DNA of 64,000 nt, from IMG/VR virus record IMGVR_UViG_3300010885_076238, positions 1 to 64,000 of that record; one strand, given 5' to 3'. The notes below the pieces were generated by a model. That model had not been told where the DNA came from and made no database searches. It saw only the letters and a list, made by a program, of their open reading frames with translations. The first letter of the stretch is position 1. Each line of letters starts with the position of its first letter. Shown here piece by piece: positions 20,238 through 30,664 of this stretch. The position numbers and the translations under genes were made by a program.

Positions 20238-20836
20238 ATCCATACAGTATAGTAGCAGAATTTGAAAAAACAGTAGCAGAATATGCCGGTAGCAAATATG
20301 CAGTTGCAATAGACAATTGTACAAATGCAATTTTTTTATGTTGTAAATATCTGTGTGTGAAAGAAGTGACTATTCCTAGTCGAACATATGTTTCGGTTCC
20401 TTGTGCAATTATTAACTCTGGTGGTGTGGTGAAATTTTCAGATTATGAATGGTTGAATAAAGGATATTACAAATTAGATCCATATCCAATTTATGATGCA
20501 GCACAATTTTTTAATCGAAATATGTATATTAGACATTCATATTTTTGCTTGTCTTTTTCATCCACCAAGACAATAAATATAGGCAAGGGAGGAATGATAC
20601 TAACAGATGATGAAAAAGCAGCCAATTGGTTCAAACAAGCAAGGTATTGCGGAAGACATGAAGTTCCTTTGATGAATGACAAGTTCGAAATTGTTGGATG
20701 GAACATGTATATGCTTCCAGAGCAGGCCGCAAGAGGATGTCTTTTAATGAGTCACGTTAAAGACATAAATGAACAAAAAAAACCACAATATCCCGACTTA
20801 TCAAAATATGAAATTTATAAATCAAAATCTTTATGA
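20234..20836 (+). CDS. Short DegT/DnrJ-family PLP aminotransferase
   Basis: YAVAIDNCTNA, YDAAQ, SFSSTK (PLP Lys), GKGGMILT, GWNMYM; about 200 aa. Confidence 0.8.
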   Translation: MNPYSIVAEFEKTVAEYAGSKYAVAIDNCTNAIFLCCKYLCVKEVTIPSRTYVSVPCAIINSGGVVKFSDYEWLNKGYYKLDPYPIYDAAQFFNRNMYIRHSYFCLSFSSTKTINIGKGGMILTDDEKAANWFKQARYCGRHEVPLMNDKFEIVGWNMYMLPEQAARGCLLMSHVKDINEQKKPQYPDLSKYEIYKSKSL

Positions 20837-21440
20837 AGAAAAAATAAAAATTGATTTAAATAATAATTATCGTTGGTTTGATTATCATAATTTTTATGAT
20901 TTTATTATAAACAAATATAATCCTAAAGTTTTTGTAGAGATTGGATGTTGGAAGGGACATTCTATTTCTTACTTATCTTCTAAGGCTAGTAAAAATTCTA
21001 TTTTATACGCTATTGATTTGTGGTCTTTAGACTTGGCAATAAAGACTATTGGAAAATTAGAATATGAAAAAATCAAAGATTTTTATGGAGATTTTTTTAA
21101 TGAAGATTTATTTTTTGATATTTTTTTAGAAAATATCAAAAATATAAACAATATAAAGCCAATTAGAAAAAGTTCAATAGATGCTGCTTCTTTTTTTGAT
21201 TATTTGAAGGTGGATTTTGTCTTCATAGACGCGGACCACTCTTACAGCTCAGTAACAAATGATTTATTGTGTTGGATGAAAGTTATAAAAAAATCTAAAT
21301 TTGCAATAATTGCCGGACATGATTATAAAATAAATTCTGTTAGATCTGCGGTTCAAAAAGTTATAAGATCTAATTTGAAAGTTTTTGATTATAATTGTTG
21401 GTATTATATTCATAACAATTACGATAAAATTTATAATTAA
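20769..21440 (+). CDS. Class I SAM-dependent methyltransferase (Methyltransf_24-like); start may be 20808
   Basis: FVEIGCWKGHS, AIDLW, VFIDADHSY, IIAGHDY. Confidence 0.88.
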   Translation: MNKKNHNIPTYQNMKFINQNLYEEKIKIDLNNNYRWFDYHNFYDFIINKYNPKVFVEIGCWKGHSISYLSSKASKNSILYAIDLWSLDLAIKTIGKLEYEKIKDFYGDFFNEDLFFDIFLENIKNINNIKPIRKSSIDAASFFDYLKVDFVFIDADHSYSSVTNDLLCWMKVIKKSKFAIIAGHDYKINSVRSAVQKVIRSNLKVFDYNCWYYIHNNYDKIYN

Positions 21441-22288
21441 TTTTTATCGTAATTAACACAAAGACTGTTCATTTCTTCATGCATCTTTAATTTGTTAGAG
21501 CACCATTCGAAGCATTTTTTTTCATTTATTTTTATATCTTTTTTAGGATCAAAATCTTTTAATATCTCTATTCTTTTATTGTAGTTTCTTTTTTTCATGT
21601 CTCCATGCCATAAGTGTTTTATTTCTGTGTCTAAGAATCCAAAGCTACTCTTTGCTTCTTTATGAAAAGGAATTGCCCATTCTAAATAATGATCTCTCAT
21701 TTCTTTATTAATCAATTTTAGAAAATTAGCATCAAACAGACCGAGTAATCCTATTAGAATTGCCAAGTCGCTACTCCACATCCAATAGTCATAAATTTTC
21801 CACTTTTTAATAAAATCCAAATCACATGCCCAGGCGAAACCGGACCATGCTTTTTTGTCAAATGGGGTCTTGTATTTTGAATAGAAACTACCACAGCTAT
21901 ATCTTGTTTCATTTATTTTATTGTCTTTGTCAAGAAAATGAGCCTTGTAAAATAATTGTATAAATAGATTTTTTTCTAAACATTTTGTTGCTTTTTTGGC
22001 CCATTCTTTATCTTCGAATATTATATCACAATCCACCCAAGCAACAGATCGATATCTGTCCGGCAGATTTTCAATCAGTATATTTATCAGCCTATATTGC
22101 TGCCAAATGTTATTTTTCGCATCAATATTTATTGAAATATTATTTGAACTTTTATTTATTGGCGAATTTTGATTCAATTCTAAAGTATATAAATTTAAAT
22201 TATCTATATTTTTAAGAAATATTTTATAATTGTTTAGTTTTTGTGGATCATTATTTGGATTATAATAATTTGTTATAACTGCTAGCAT
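21437..22288 (-). CDS. Glycosyltransferase-like protein (paralog of 5462..6577)
   Basis: VAWVDCDIIF, GFAWA, HLWHG...RNY. Confidence 0.7.
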   Translation of the reverse strand: MLAVITNYYNPNNDPQKLNNYKIFLKNIDNLNLYTLELNQNSPINKSSNNISINIDAKNNIWQQYRLINILIENLPDRYRSVAWVDCDIIFEDKEWAKKATKCLEKNLFIQLFYKAHFLDKDNKINETRYSCGSFYSKYKTPFDKKAWSGFAWACDLDFIKKWKIYDYWMWSSDLAILIGLLGLFDANFLKLINKEMRDHYLEWAIPFHKEAKSSFGFLDTEIKHLWHGDMKKRNYNKRIEILKDFDPKKDIKINEKKCFEWCSNKLKMHEEMNSLCVNYDKN

Positions 22289-22297
22289 AGGAATTTT

Positions 22298-23764
22298 ATG
22301 TTTTTTGGAATTAACACTGTATCACACGACTTAGGGTTATCTATAATAGATGACACAGGAAAAATAATTTTTTACGCTCCAACAGAAAGATATAACAGAA
22401 ATAAAAAAGGAGTTTCAGAATTTGGACTTCATCTATCTAAAAAAGAAAAGCTCAAGTGTATATTTGATATTTTTTCTAATATTCAAAAGCCAAAAAAAGG
22501 CGACATTGTTTGTTGGGTTTCTGGTGATTTTGGTGGCATGAAGACCAAAAGAGCCATGGAAGAAATGCTAATAGAAAGTTCAAATCAAATTAAAAATATT
22601 TCTACAAATTCAATTTGTCAAGTTGATGAGTGTGATGGAATAAAATATATTAGGCTTGACCACCACATAGCTCACGCAGTTTCTTCTTGGATGTTTAGAA
22701 AAGATGATGAAGAAGGAAAATTTTTGGTTTATGATGGCGGAGGCTATGGGGTAGACCATGTTAGTTACCATTCAACAACGGGCTATATTGATAAGCATAA
22801 ATTAGAAATAATAGATAAGAATACGATTCCTAGTTCTTTTAAAATATCTAATTTATTGGGCTGGATGTCTGCTGGAAAACTAATGGGCCTAGCAGGATAT
22901 TACCCAGAAGCTAATATTCAATGTGAATTTCCTAGTGGCGAACTAATGGAATTTGCTGGATTTTATAAATGTTTTATAGAAGATCTTTGGAACTCAATAG
23001 AAAGTAAACTTGATAAAAAAGTAGTTATAGCAGGTGGCACTGCCTTGGCCTTAGAAATAAATTCTAGAATACATAGTAAAGTCAATGATTTGGTATTTGG
23101 ACCGGCTCCCGACGATAGCGGATTATGTTTGGGATGTTCGGCATACGGTTATTTTTTCTCTAATGGACATTGGCCCAGTTCTATTTCAACCCCTTCAATT
23201 GTTTCTTTGCAAAGTCCTCATTTTCAAGTCGGTCCTCAGAGCACAAGAGAAATAGCAAAGGAAATACACGAGGGTAAAGTAATTTTTTTAATGAGAGGTA
23301 AAGCAGAATGCGGCCCAAGGTCTCTGGGATTTAGGTCTATCTTATCATCTTGTAATATTGAAAATTTAAAATTAGTTTCTGTAGATATTAAAAAAAGAGA
23401 ATTCTATAGACCTTTGGCTCCAATCGTTACGGACAGTCAATTTTTTAATTTTTTTTCTGGACCTAAAGGGCAATACATGCAATACAAAGTAGAATGCAAA
23501 GAAGCCGCAGCCAGATCAATACCAGCAGTAGTTCACAGAGATAACTCTTCTAGGCCGCAAGTTGTATGTGAAAAAATAGATCCTTGGTTACATGAGTTGT
23601 TGGTCGAATATGGAAAGTTGTCGGGGGTTGAGTGTTTAGTAAACACTTCTCTTAATGTTGCCGGAAAGCCAATTTGTAATACAAATAAAGATTTATTAGA
23701 ATTTGACAAAGAAACTATGAAGAATGTTGTTGTTGTTTCAATTCCTTCTTTTAAATTATATTAG
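22298..23764 (+). CDS. Carbamoyltransferase (NodU/CmcH family)
   Basis: HHIAHA, AGKLMGLAGY, AGGTAL, PAPDDSG, GPRSLGFRS, KKREFYRPLAP, VHRDNSSRPQ, NTSLN. Confidence 0.92.
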   Translation: MFFGINTVSHDLGLSIIDDTGKIIFYAPTERYNRNKKGVSEFGLHLSKKEKLKCIFDIFSNIQKPKKGDIVCWVSGDFGGMKTKRAMEEMLIESSNQIKNISTNSICQVDECDGIKYIRLDHHIAHAVSSWMFRKDDEEGKFLVYDGGGYGVDHVSYHSTTGYIDKHKLEIIDKNTIPSSFKISNLLGWMSAGKLMGLAGYYPEANIQCEFPSGELMEFAGFYKCFIEDLWNSIESKLDKKVVIAGGTALALEINSRIHSKVNDLVFGPAPDDSGLCLGCSAYGYFFSNGHWPSSISTPSIVSLQSPHFQVGPQSTREIAKEIHEGKVIFLMRGKAECGPRSLGFRSILSSCNIENLKLVSVDIKKREFYRPLAPIVTDSQFFNFFSGPKGQYMQYKVECKEAAARSIPAVVHRDNSSRPQVVCEKIDPWLHELLVEYGKLSGVECLVNTSLNVAGKPICNTNKDLLEFDKETMKNVVVVSIPSFKLY

Positions 23765-24559
23765 TTTTTCTATTTCTTCAAAAACAAATTCTGCACTGAT
23801 ATTTTTCGTGCAAATATTTTCATGTATACAATTTTCATGCGTTTTAAGAAAACAGGGGCAGCATTGCGTTTTGTATTCAATAACTTTATAGTTATATAAG
23901 TTCCACCAATTAGAGGAAGTAACTCCCGATTGTATTACTAGTCCTTTATTTGCTACCATAGAAACATAATGGCTTGTTCCTGTGTCCATTCCCAAATAAA
24001 TTTTAGAACTTTTTACATAATTCAAGCATTCGTTGTCTTTTATTTTATTTTCATTTAAGTCTATAAATGATATTTTTTTATCTGATAGTAAACTTTTTAG
24101 TTTATTAAAATACGGCCATTTTTTGTGAGTGCTAAATTTGCCAACATCGCTACAAATTACGACATCATATCTATTTATATTTTTTATTTCTTCGTATTTT
24201 ACTGGTATGAAATTTCTATTTATTTTTATTTCTTTTTTTATTTTATATTTTATTTTAAACTGATTTAATAAATCATCAAGTATGCTAATTTTTGTATTTT
24301 TTTTGGCAACATCTTCATTTGGAATGGGCCAATGCACTATCATATTTTCATGGCAATTTTTAGAAAGAGGGCAGTCTATTAAATTTTCTATATATGTACA
24401 TCCTCCCCAAAAGATTGCTGTTTCTTTTTTTATTCTGGACTCATAATAAGACTCTATTCCGTTGTCATTTAAGACATGCACCATCAAAGTTGCAATCAAT
24501 TGATCCCCAAAACTAGCATCTCTACGTATTGAAAATTTCTGATTTTTTTGAAATAACAT
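23756..24559 (-). CDS. GT9-like (heptosyltransferase-type) glycosyltransferase
   Basis: FGDQL, LGMDTGTSH, C-terminal CCPCF...C. Confidence 0.75.
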   Translation of the reverse strand: MLFQKNQKFSIRRDASFGDQLIATLMVHVLNDNGIESYYESRIKKETAIFWGGCTYIENLIDCPLSKNCHENMIVHWPIPNEDVAKKNTKISILDDLLNQFKIKYKIKKEIKINRNFIPVKYEEIKNINRYDVVICSDVGKFSTHKKWPYFNKLKSLLSDKKISFIDLNENKIKDNECLNYVKSSKIYLGMDTGTSHYVSMVANKGLVIQSGVTSSNWWNLYNYKVIEYKTQCCPCFLKTHENCIHENICTKNISAEFVFEEIEKLI

Positions 24560-25400
24560 CTTTCATATTCCATTTTGGATTTTTGTTCATGCAATAAATT
24601 TCTTTTGCCAATTCATTTGTCTCATAAAGATCAAAGATAAAACTAGTCTTATTTAAACCCACGGCATGAAACATTTTGTATTTTATTTTTGCGTTGGCTT
24701 TTTTTAGTCTTGAGGGAGTTAGATGCTCTGATTCGTCTAACTCTTCTACCAAATTTGTACTAGAAGACAAATAATAATTAACAAGTTCATCAGATATCAT
24801 CTTTCTATAATTTTTACATGGATGAAATTCTTTTATTTTTGTAAAATATTCAAAATCTGATAGCGCGAGATCTATAGTCTCTTTATATTTGTCAAAATAA
24901 TTCGAAACTTGATGGGAATTTTTATTGAAATAAAATAACCCGGTATTTCCAAAAGAAGTGAATTTGGATCCGGATTTATTAAGACTTAGAACGTTGTCGA
25001 GCCAAAACACATCACAATCACAATGTATTATTATTTCTTCTTCAATATTAGCAGAGAACTTAAAAATATCCAAGTGCCTAGAAGCCAGAATGGAAATTAA
25101 ATGATCATCTGCTGATATATCTTTTTTGTCGTATGGAAATTTTGTTATTCTTTTGTCTATACCCCATGAAAATATAATTGGTTCGCATCTTATAACTTTG
25201 AAGTTGTATTTTTTTTCGAAGTCTATCCAATTTGTTTTTTCATCACAATCAAGAACATATATTTTTATACTTTTATTGTATTTTCTCAAAGTAGCAATAG
25301 ACAATATAATAGGTGTGCTTGTGTTTTCATTTATTTTATTGCATTCATTACTCCAATAGTAATATACTATTGCATGTTTTTGTTTTTTTATAGATAGCAT
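24522..25400 (-). CDS. GT-A glycosyltransferase-like protein
   Basis: LSIATLRKYN, IHCDCDVFW, NTGLFYF. Confidence 0.6.
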   Translation of the reverse strand: MLSIKKQKHAIVYYYWSNECNKINENTSTPIILSIATLRKYNKSIKIYVLDCDEKTNWIDFEKKYNFKVIRCEPIIFSWGIDKRITKFPYDKKDISADDHLISILASRHLDIFKFSANIEEEIIIHCDCDVFWLDNVLSLNKSGSKFTSFGNTGLFYFNKNSHQVSNYFDKYKETIDLALSDFEYFTKIKEFHPCKNYRKMISDELVNYYLSSSTNLVEELDESEHLTPSRLKKANAKIKYKMFHAVGLNKTSFIFDLYETNELAKEIYCMNKNPKWNMKDVISKKSEIFNT

Positions 25401-25421
25401 TTATTTATTATAGTTTAATTT

Positions 25422-26243
25422 ATGAAATATTGTATGAGCACAATGTGTATTGACACATCATCTTTTGAAGAAAAAGTAAAGGCCATTTCCTTTGGTGGGT
25501 TTGAGTCAATAGAAATTTGGTTAAAAGATTTTAAAGATAAAAAAATTAGCGAAGTCAAAAAAATCATCAAAGATCACAACCTAAGGGTTGCAGAGACTGT
25601 TAAATTGGAAGGTTGGTTTGAATTAGACGGATCTTTAATGGGAGTTAAAAATAATTGGAGTTCAATTTTTGATGAATGTAAAAATAGAATGGAGATTTCT
25701 AAAGATTTAGGCAGTGAATATATTGTAACACTACCCAGCAGAGATGACAGAGGTAAATTTTCTTCTTTTGAAGATGGGGCTGAAAGATATTTTCAAATTT
25801 TAGAATTTGGTAAAAAAATTGGAATATGTCCTACTTTAGAGTTCGTAGGTCAGTCTTCACAGATATATAATGTCAGGACAGTTTTGGATTTTTGCAATTT
25901 AATAAAAGATGATTATTGCAAAATAATTGTTGATGTTTTCCACGTTTGGAGAAGTGGAGATGATATAGAAGAAGTTTCAAAAATACCAGTTGAGCTTGTG
26001 AGTTTGCTCCATCTTCATGATGCTACATCAAAATTTGGTAGAGAAGAATACAAAGACAGACACAGGGTTATGCCAGGAGACGGAATATTGGATTTGAAAA
26101 AATTTATAAATATATTTAAGAAAAAAGGATTTTCTGGAGACATTTCATTGGGAGTTTACAATCATGACAACTGGACTAGGGATCCATATAATGTTTGTAG
26201 AGAAGGATTTTTGAAGATGAAAAAAATAATAGAGGATTATTGA
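25422..26243 (+). CDS. Sugar-phosphate isomerase/epimerase (xylose-isomerase-like TIM barrel)
   Basis: LEFVG, IVDVFH, LHLHD, RVMPGDG metal motifs. Confidence 0.88.
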   Translation: MKYCMSTMCIDTSSFEEKVKAISFGGFESIEIWLKDFKDKKISEVKKIIKDHNLRVAETVKLEGWFELDGSLMGVKNNWSSIFDECKNRMEISKDLGSEYIVTLPSRDDRGKFSSFEDGAERYFQILEFGKKIGICPTLEFVGQSSQIYNVRTVLDFCNLIKDDYCKIIVDVFHVWRSGDDIEEVSKIPVELVSLLHLHDATSKFGREEYKDRHRVMPGDGILDLKKFINIFKKKGFSGDISLGVYNHDNWTRDPYNVCREGFLKMKKIIEDY

Positions 26244-26245
26244 CA

Positions 26246-26821
26246 ATGAAAAAAGCTTGTGTAATTGGATCAAGTGGAAAGTTAGGTTCTGCAATAACTA
26301 GAAATTTGCGCTGTAATCATCAAGTCATAGAGCATCTTGGGCGAAACCACTCAGATTTAACAAAAGAAAATAATGTAATAGAATTTTCCAACGCAGTAAA
26401 TGATATAGATTTATTAATTTGTGCGATTGGAAAAAAAATAGAAGGCTCTGCAACAGGAGAATTTGATGATTTTAATAAAATTTTTAATATAAATTTTTTT
26501 TCTATTTTTTTGTGTTGTAAGCATATTTCTAAAAAAATGAAAGAAAATTCTTGCATACTAATAATTGGAAGTGTAGATGGTTGTTTTGGAAACAAGTCAG
26601 CAATGTACTCCACGGCAAAATCTGCTCTTCACATGTATTCAAGATGTCTTTCTAAAGAGTTGGTTGATAGAAAGATAAATGTAAACTGTATTGCACTTGG
26701 AACTCTTTATGATTATAATATTGAAAATTGTGCCAAGTCCATATTAGGACTTGCAGATTGTAAACATATTAATGGACAGGTCATAAGAATAGATGGAGGA
26801 AACCATACATTCCCATGTTAA
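26246..26821 (+). CDS. Short-chain dehydrogenase/reductase
   Basis: VIGSSGKLG, YSTAK, INVNCIALG, INGQVIRIDGG. Confidence 0.88.
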   Translation: MKKACVIGSSGKLGSAITRNLRCNHQVIEHLGRNHSDLTKENNVIEFSNAVNDIDLLICAIGKKIEGSATGEFDDFNKIFNINFFSIFLCCKHISKKMKENSCILIIGSVDGCFGNKSAMYSTAKSALHMYSRCLSKELVDRKINVNCIALGTLYDYNIENCAKSILGLADCKHINGQVIRIDGGNHTFPC

Positions 26822-27585
26822 AAAATGAAGGATTTTTATTAGTTAAAAATTTTTTTAGTAAGAATAAAATTACAAAAATTAAAAAAGAAATGGAGTATTG
26901 TTTTGAATTGATTTCAAAAAGAAATCACAATGAAATTGACAAAGATATAATTGAATTATTTAAAAAAGATACGCAATCTTTTTTGGGTTGGGCCAATTTA
27001 TGTCAAAATTTATTATCCCTTCATAGGCTGTCTAGTTCTAAAAAAATAGAAAATCTTCTAAAAAAATTAGGACTAAATAAGCCAACAATAAACACGAGAC
27101 CTCTTTTGTCTCTAAGTTGTAAAAGTTTGTCAAAACACGATTCACATTGGAAAGTTCCAAGTCATCAGGATTGGCCCAGCACAAGAGGAAGCCTTAATGG
27201 GGTAACGGTATGGATTCCTTTGGTTGGCATAAACAAGGATATTGGGCCATTAGAAATTGCACCAAAGAGTCATTTGCTGGGATTTTTAGAACATCATAAT
27301 GATGGCTTAGTGCCTATAATATCAAAACTAGAAGATAGAAAATTTATTTCAAATTCCATGAATGTCGGTGATATTTTAATTTTTAATTATTTTACTATAC
27401 ATAAGTCGGGATTGAATATCAATCTTGATAAAATAAGATGGTCTGTCCATTTCAGATACGACGACGCAGAAGAAAAAACTTTTATTGAAAGAAAATACCC
27501 TAGATATAAAAAAGAAATAAGATCTGATGAAAATATTGATTCTTCTTTCCCAAATCTTAAACAGATTGAGGACTCTCTAAAATGA
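26815..27585 (+). CDS. Phytanoyl-CoA dioxygenase-family 2OG-Fe(II) enzyme
   Basis: HQD, VTVWIPL, GPLEIAPKSH, GDILIF, HKSG, RWS. Confidence 0.88.
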   Translation: MLKNEGFLLVKNFFSKNKITKIKKEMEYCFELISKRNHNEIDKDIIELFKKDTQSFLGWANLCQNLLSLHRLSSSKKIENLLKKLGLNKPTINTRPLLSLSCKSLSKHDSHWKVPSHQDWPSTRGSLNGVTVWIPLVGINKDIGPLEIAPKSHLLGFLEHHNDGLVPIISKLEDRKFISNSMNVGDILIFNYFTIHKSGLNINLDKIRWSVHFRYDDAEEKTFIERKYPRYKKEIRSDENIDSSFPNLKQIEDSLK

Positions 27586-28292
27586 AAGTAAAATTAGATA
27601 AAATTAAAAAAGACTACGAAAATAATGGATTTGTTTTTATTGATGATTTTTTAGATAAAAATCTTTTTATTGAATACGTCAATAACATAAACAACATTAC
27701 TATTTGGAATGATCCAAATAATGGGTTTTTGGAAAGACAAAAAAAACAAAACAAAAGCAATTATGAACTTCATGAAAATTATTCTTCTGAGTATAATCCA
27801 ACAAGCAATAGAACGGTTGCAGACAGAAATCAGATAAAACAAAATTTACCAAAAACTATTAGTTTTTTTTCTTCTTTTGATTTTATAAATTTCATAAAAA
27901 ATGTTTCTGGTATTGATGATTTGTTTTTTGACGATAGTCTAAGGGGTGGAGGATTGCAAAAAAGTGAAAATGGAGCCTATCTAAACATTCATTTAGATAA
28001 TAACTGGAGTCCCAACACAGAGAGCTATCCTGTAGTCAATTTGATTTTATTTTTTAGCAATTGGAAAAAAGAGTATGGTGGAGAATTGGAAATTTGGAAC
28101 AAAAATTATAAAAACTATATTTTGCCAAAAGAAAACAGACTGGTAATCAGGCACAACTCAGAAGAATCTTATCATGGATTTCCAAATCCAATTAATTGTC
28201 CAAAAAATGAAAATAGAATTGCTTTAGTCTTATTCTATCATACAAAAAAAATAATTCCAAAAAATAAAAGATCAAGTGCATTATGGATTTGA
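27582..28292 (+). CDS. 2OG-Fe(II) oxygenase
   Basis: GGGLQ, LNIHLD, YGGELEIW, SYHGFP, RIAL. Confidence 0.88.
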   Translation: MKVKLDKIKKDYENNGFVFIDDFLDKNLFIEYVNNINNITIWNDPNNGFLERQKKQNKSNYELHENYSSEYNPTSNRTVADRNQIKQNLPKTISFFSSFDFINFIKNVSGIDDLFFDDSLRGGGLQKSENGAYLNIHLDNNWSPNTESYPVVNLILFFSNWKKEYGGELEIWNKNYKNYILPKENRLVIRHNSEESYHGFPNPINCPKNENRIALVLFYHTKKIIPKNKRSSALWI

Positions 28293-29023
28293 GACTTCCT
28301 GATTTTATCTGCGTTGGCACACAAAAGTCTGGGACAACTTGGTTGTATCATGAGTTGTCTAAGCACCCGGACATTGATATGCCAAAAACAAAAGAGGTTG
28401 GAAATAACAACGCCTCAACAGGAGTTGAAAAAAATAAACATGGAATTTCTTCGCCTTTTTTAAATTTAGAAAAATATTCTTCTTATTTTCCTAAAAACAA
28501 TAAAATAACTGGAGATATTACCCCCCTCTACTTCTACGAGCCAGATTGTGCCAAACAAATAAAAAAAGTCTTGCCTAATTCATTTGTTTTTGTAATATTA
28601 AGAAATCCTGTAGATAGGGCTTTTTCTCAATGGAGAATGGTTAGAAACTTAGGGGCAATGGAGAAAACAGCAACATTTATGAAGTGTTTTGAAGAAAATG
28701 TGAGAAACATAAAAACTAGAGGTCTATATATTAATTATATTAGGTCTTTTATTGATGAATTAGGAGAAAATTTTAAATTTTATTTTTATGATGATATTTT
28801 GAAAAATCCAAATTATTTTTTAAAAAATATATTAAAAAATATAAATGTAAATTTAGAATTTAACTTTAGTTCTTCTTGGTTAAAAATGCCCTACCATGAT
28901 GACAATCAAATAATTAAAAAAGAAGACAAGAAAAGATGCATGTCTTTTTACTATAGTTCTATTAAAGAATTAGAAAAACTTGTTCATGTCAATACGGAAT
29001 GGACATATGAAAAAATTCTATGA
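28283..29023 (+). CDS. Sulfotransferase
   Basis: PDFICVGTQKSGTTWL (5'-PSB), ILRNPVDRAFS (3'-PB). Confidence 0.92.
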   Translation: MDLRLPDFICVGTQKSGTTWLYHELSKHPDIDMPKTKEVGNNNASTGVEKNKHGISSPFLNLEKYSSYFPKNNKITGDITPLYFYEPDCAKQIKKVLPNSFVFVILRNPVDRAFSQWRMVRNLGAMEKTATFMKCFEENVRNIKTRGLYINYIRSFIDELGENFKFYFYDDILKNPNYFLKNILKNINVNLEFNFSSSWLKMPYHDDNQIIKKEDKKRCMSFYYSSIKELEKLVHVNTEWTYEKIL

Positions 29024-29438
29024 TTTAGTTCTTCACAGCTCAGTAATAAATAAAAGTAATACTTATAAGGTTGCAAAAAAAATATCTAATTTTTTGAAAA
29101 TAGATATTTTACACATAGATGATGTTGATTTTTTTAAATATAAAAACATAATAATTTGCTGTTCTACTTTTGGTGATGAAGAATTACCTTTTAATATGGA
29201 GTTTTTTTTAGAAAATTTAAAAATTAAGTCAAAAAATTATACTATTTGTGAATTAGGTAACTATTTTGGAGTCGATGATAAAGAATTCGGAGCAGCCAGA
29301 ATAATTAAACATAAGTTGAAATATTTGAATTGGAAACTTATTGATGAGTGTCTTTCTTTAGATTCTGTGCCTGAAATAGATTGGCAAAGTTTTTCTTTAT
29401 GGATTAAAAAAATAAATGAAAGATATAGAAATAATTAG
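29007..29438 (+). CDS. Flavodoxin-like protein
   Basis: SNTYKVAKKI, CSTFGDEELP, ELGNY..FGAA. Confidence 0.7.
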   Translation: MKKFYDLVLHSSVINKSNTYKVAKKISNFLKIDILHIDDVDFFKYKNIIICCSTFGDEELPFNMEFFLENLKIKSKNYTICELGNYFGVDDKEFGAARIIKHKLKYLNWKLIDECLSLDSVPEIDWQSFSLWIKKINERYRNN

Positions 29439-30288
29439 TAAAATTAAAAAAATTACTAATTGCAAATTTATTTTAAAAGAAGATAAGTGTATTTTTTTAG
29501 ATTTTTATGATAATGAATCTACTTATGGTGGAGTTTTTAGACATTCCACTAAAAAAAAAGAAATTTTAGATCTTTTAAACAATCTTAAAAATATTATTTA
29601 TCTTGATTTAAGAAAGAATAGAATAAACTCAGAGTTTAATCTTGATTTGCCAAATTTAAAACATTTAGATTTAGGTTCTAATTATTTGTCAAAAGTTCCA
29701 TTTTGGATTAAAAATTTATCTTTAGAATATTTAAATTTGGGAGTAAATCAATTAAGTACAGTCCCAGAATGGTTTGCAGAAAAAAAATTTACCACATTGA
29801 AAATTCATAAAAATAATTTAAATCACATGCCTGTTCTCAGAGCGGATAATTTAATATTTTTAAATCTTTATCAGAATAAATTTGAAAAAATTCCTGAATT
29901 TGTTTTTAGTTTATATAAATTAAAATATTTTTGTTGGGGCATGAGTTGTATTGAAGAGATCCCAGAAGAAATTTCGAACTTAGTTAATTTAGAGTGGCTT
30001 TCTTTGGTTCCTAATAAAATAAGATTTTTACCTAGTAATTTTAATAATTTAAAAAAATTAATTGGAATTAGAATTGGTAAAAACAAACTATCAGAAATTC
30101 CAAATTTTTTTGATGAATTTTCTAATTTGAAGCAATTATCTTTATATAAAAATAAAATTAAAAAAATACCTGATAGTTTGTTTAATTTAAATAATATTGA
30201 ATATATAAATATACAACAAAATCCAATAGAAACCAAGTCAATAAATAAATTAAAAAAATATTTAGTCAATGCTAAAATTGAATATTGA
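29416..30288 (+). CDS. Leucine-rich repeat protein
   Basis: About 9 LxxLxLxxNxL repeats. Confidence 0.92.
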   Translation: MKDIEIISKIKKITNCKFILKEDKCIFLDFYDNESTYGGVFRHSTKKKEILDLLNNLKNIIYLDLRKNRINSEFNLDLPNLKHLDLGSNYLSKVPFWIKNLSLEYLNLGVNQLSTVPEWFAEKKFTTLKIHKNNLNHMPVLRADNLIFLNLYQNKFEKIPEFVFSLYKLKYFCWGMSCIEEIPEEISNLVNLEWLSLVPNKIRFLPSNFNNLKKLIGIRIGKNKLSEIPNFFDEFSNLKQLSLYKNKIKKIPDSLFNLNNIEYINIQQNPIETKSINKLKKYLVNAKIEY

Positions 30289-30664
30289 TTATAATAAACA
30301 TATTAATTTTATTAAAAATTTTGATGAAAAAAATATAAAATCTAATAAGAAATTTTTAAAATTATTGTTAAAAAATAATAATTTTAAAAATTTCTTATTA
30401 GATGATATTAGATTTTGTTATTATTTTTGCCATTGGGTCATTGAGGGTCGTTGTGAAGTTTTAGAAGATATTTTTGTTTCAAATTCTTGTTACGCTCTCA
30501 ACTACGCAGCATTTGTATTGAATAGCAAATTACCTGAAAATTTACATAATTGCATGATACTGAAGCATTTATCAGAAAAAGACGAGTGTGCAAATCAATA
30601 TTTTATTTGGCTTCTTAATAAAGAAAATAAAATTAATATCGGTGTATGGGGAGATTACAAATGA
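30269..30664 (+). CDS. Hypothetical protein
   Basis: Overlaps both neighbours; YY..WVIEGR..E and YA..VL..LPE phage-like motif. Confidence 0.6.
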   Translation: MLKLNIDYNKHINFIKNFDEKNIKSNKKFLKLLLKNNNFKNFLLDDIRFCYYFCHWVIEGRCEVLEDIFVSNSCYALNYAAFVLNSKLPENLHNCMILKHLSEKDECANQYFIWLLNKENKINIGVWGDYK

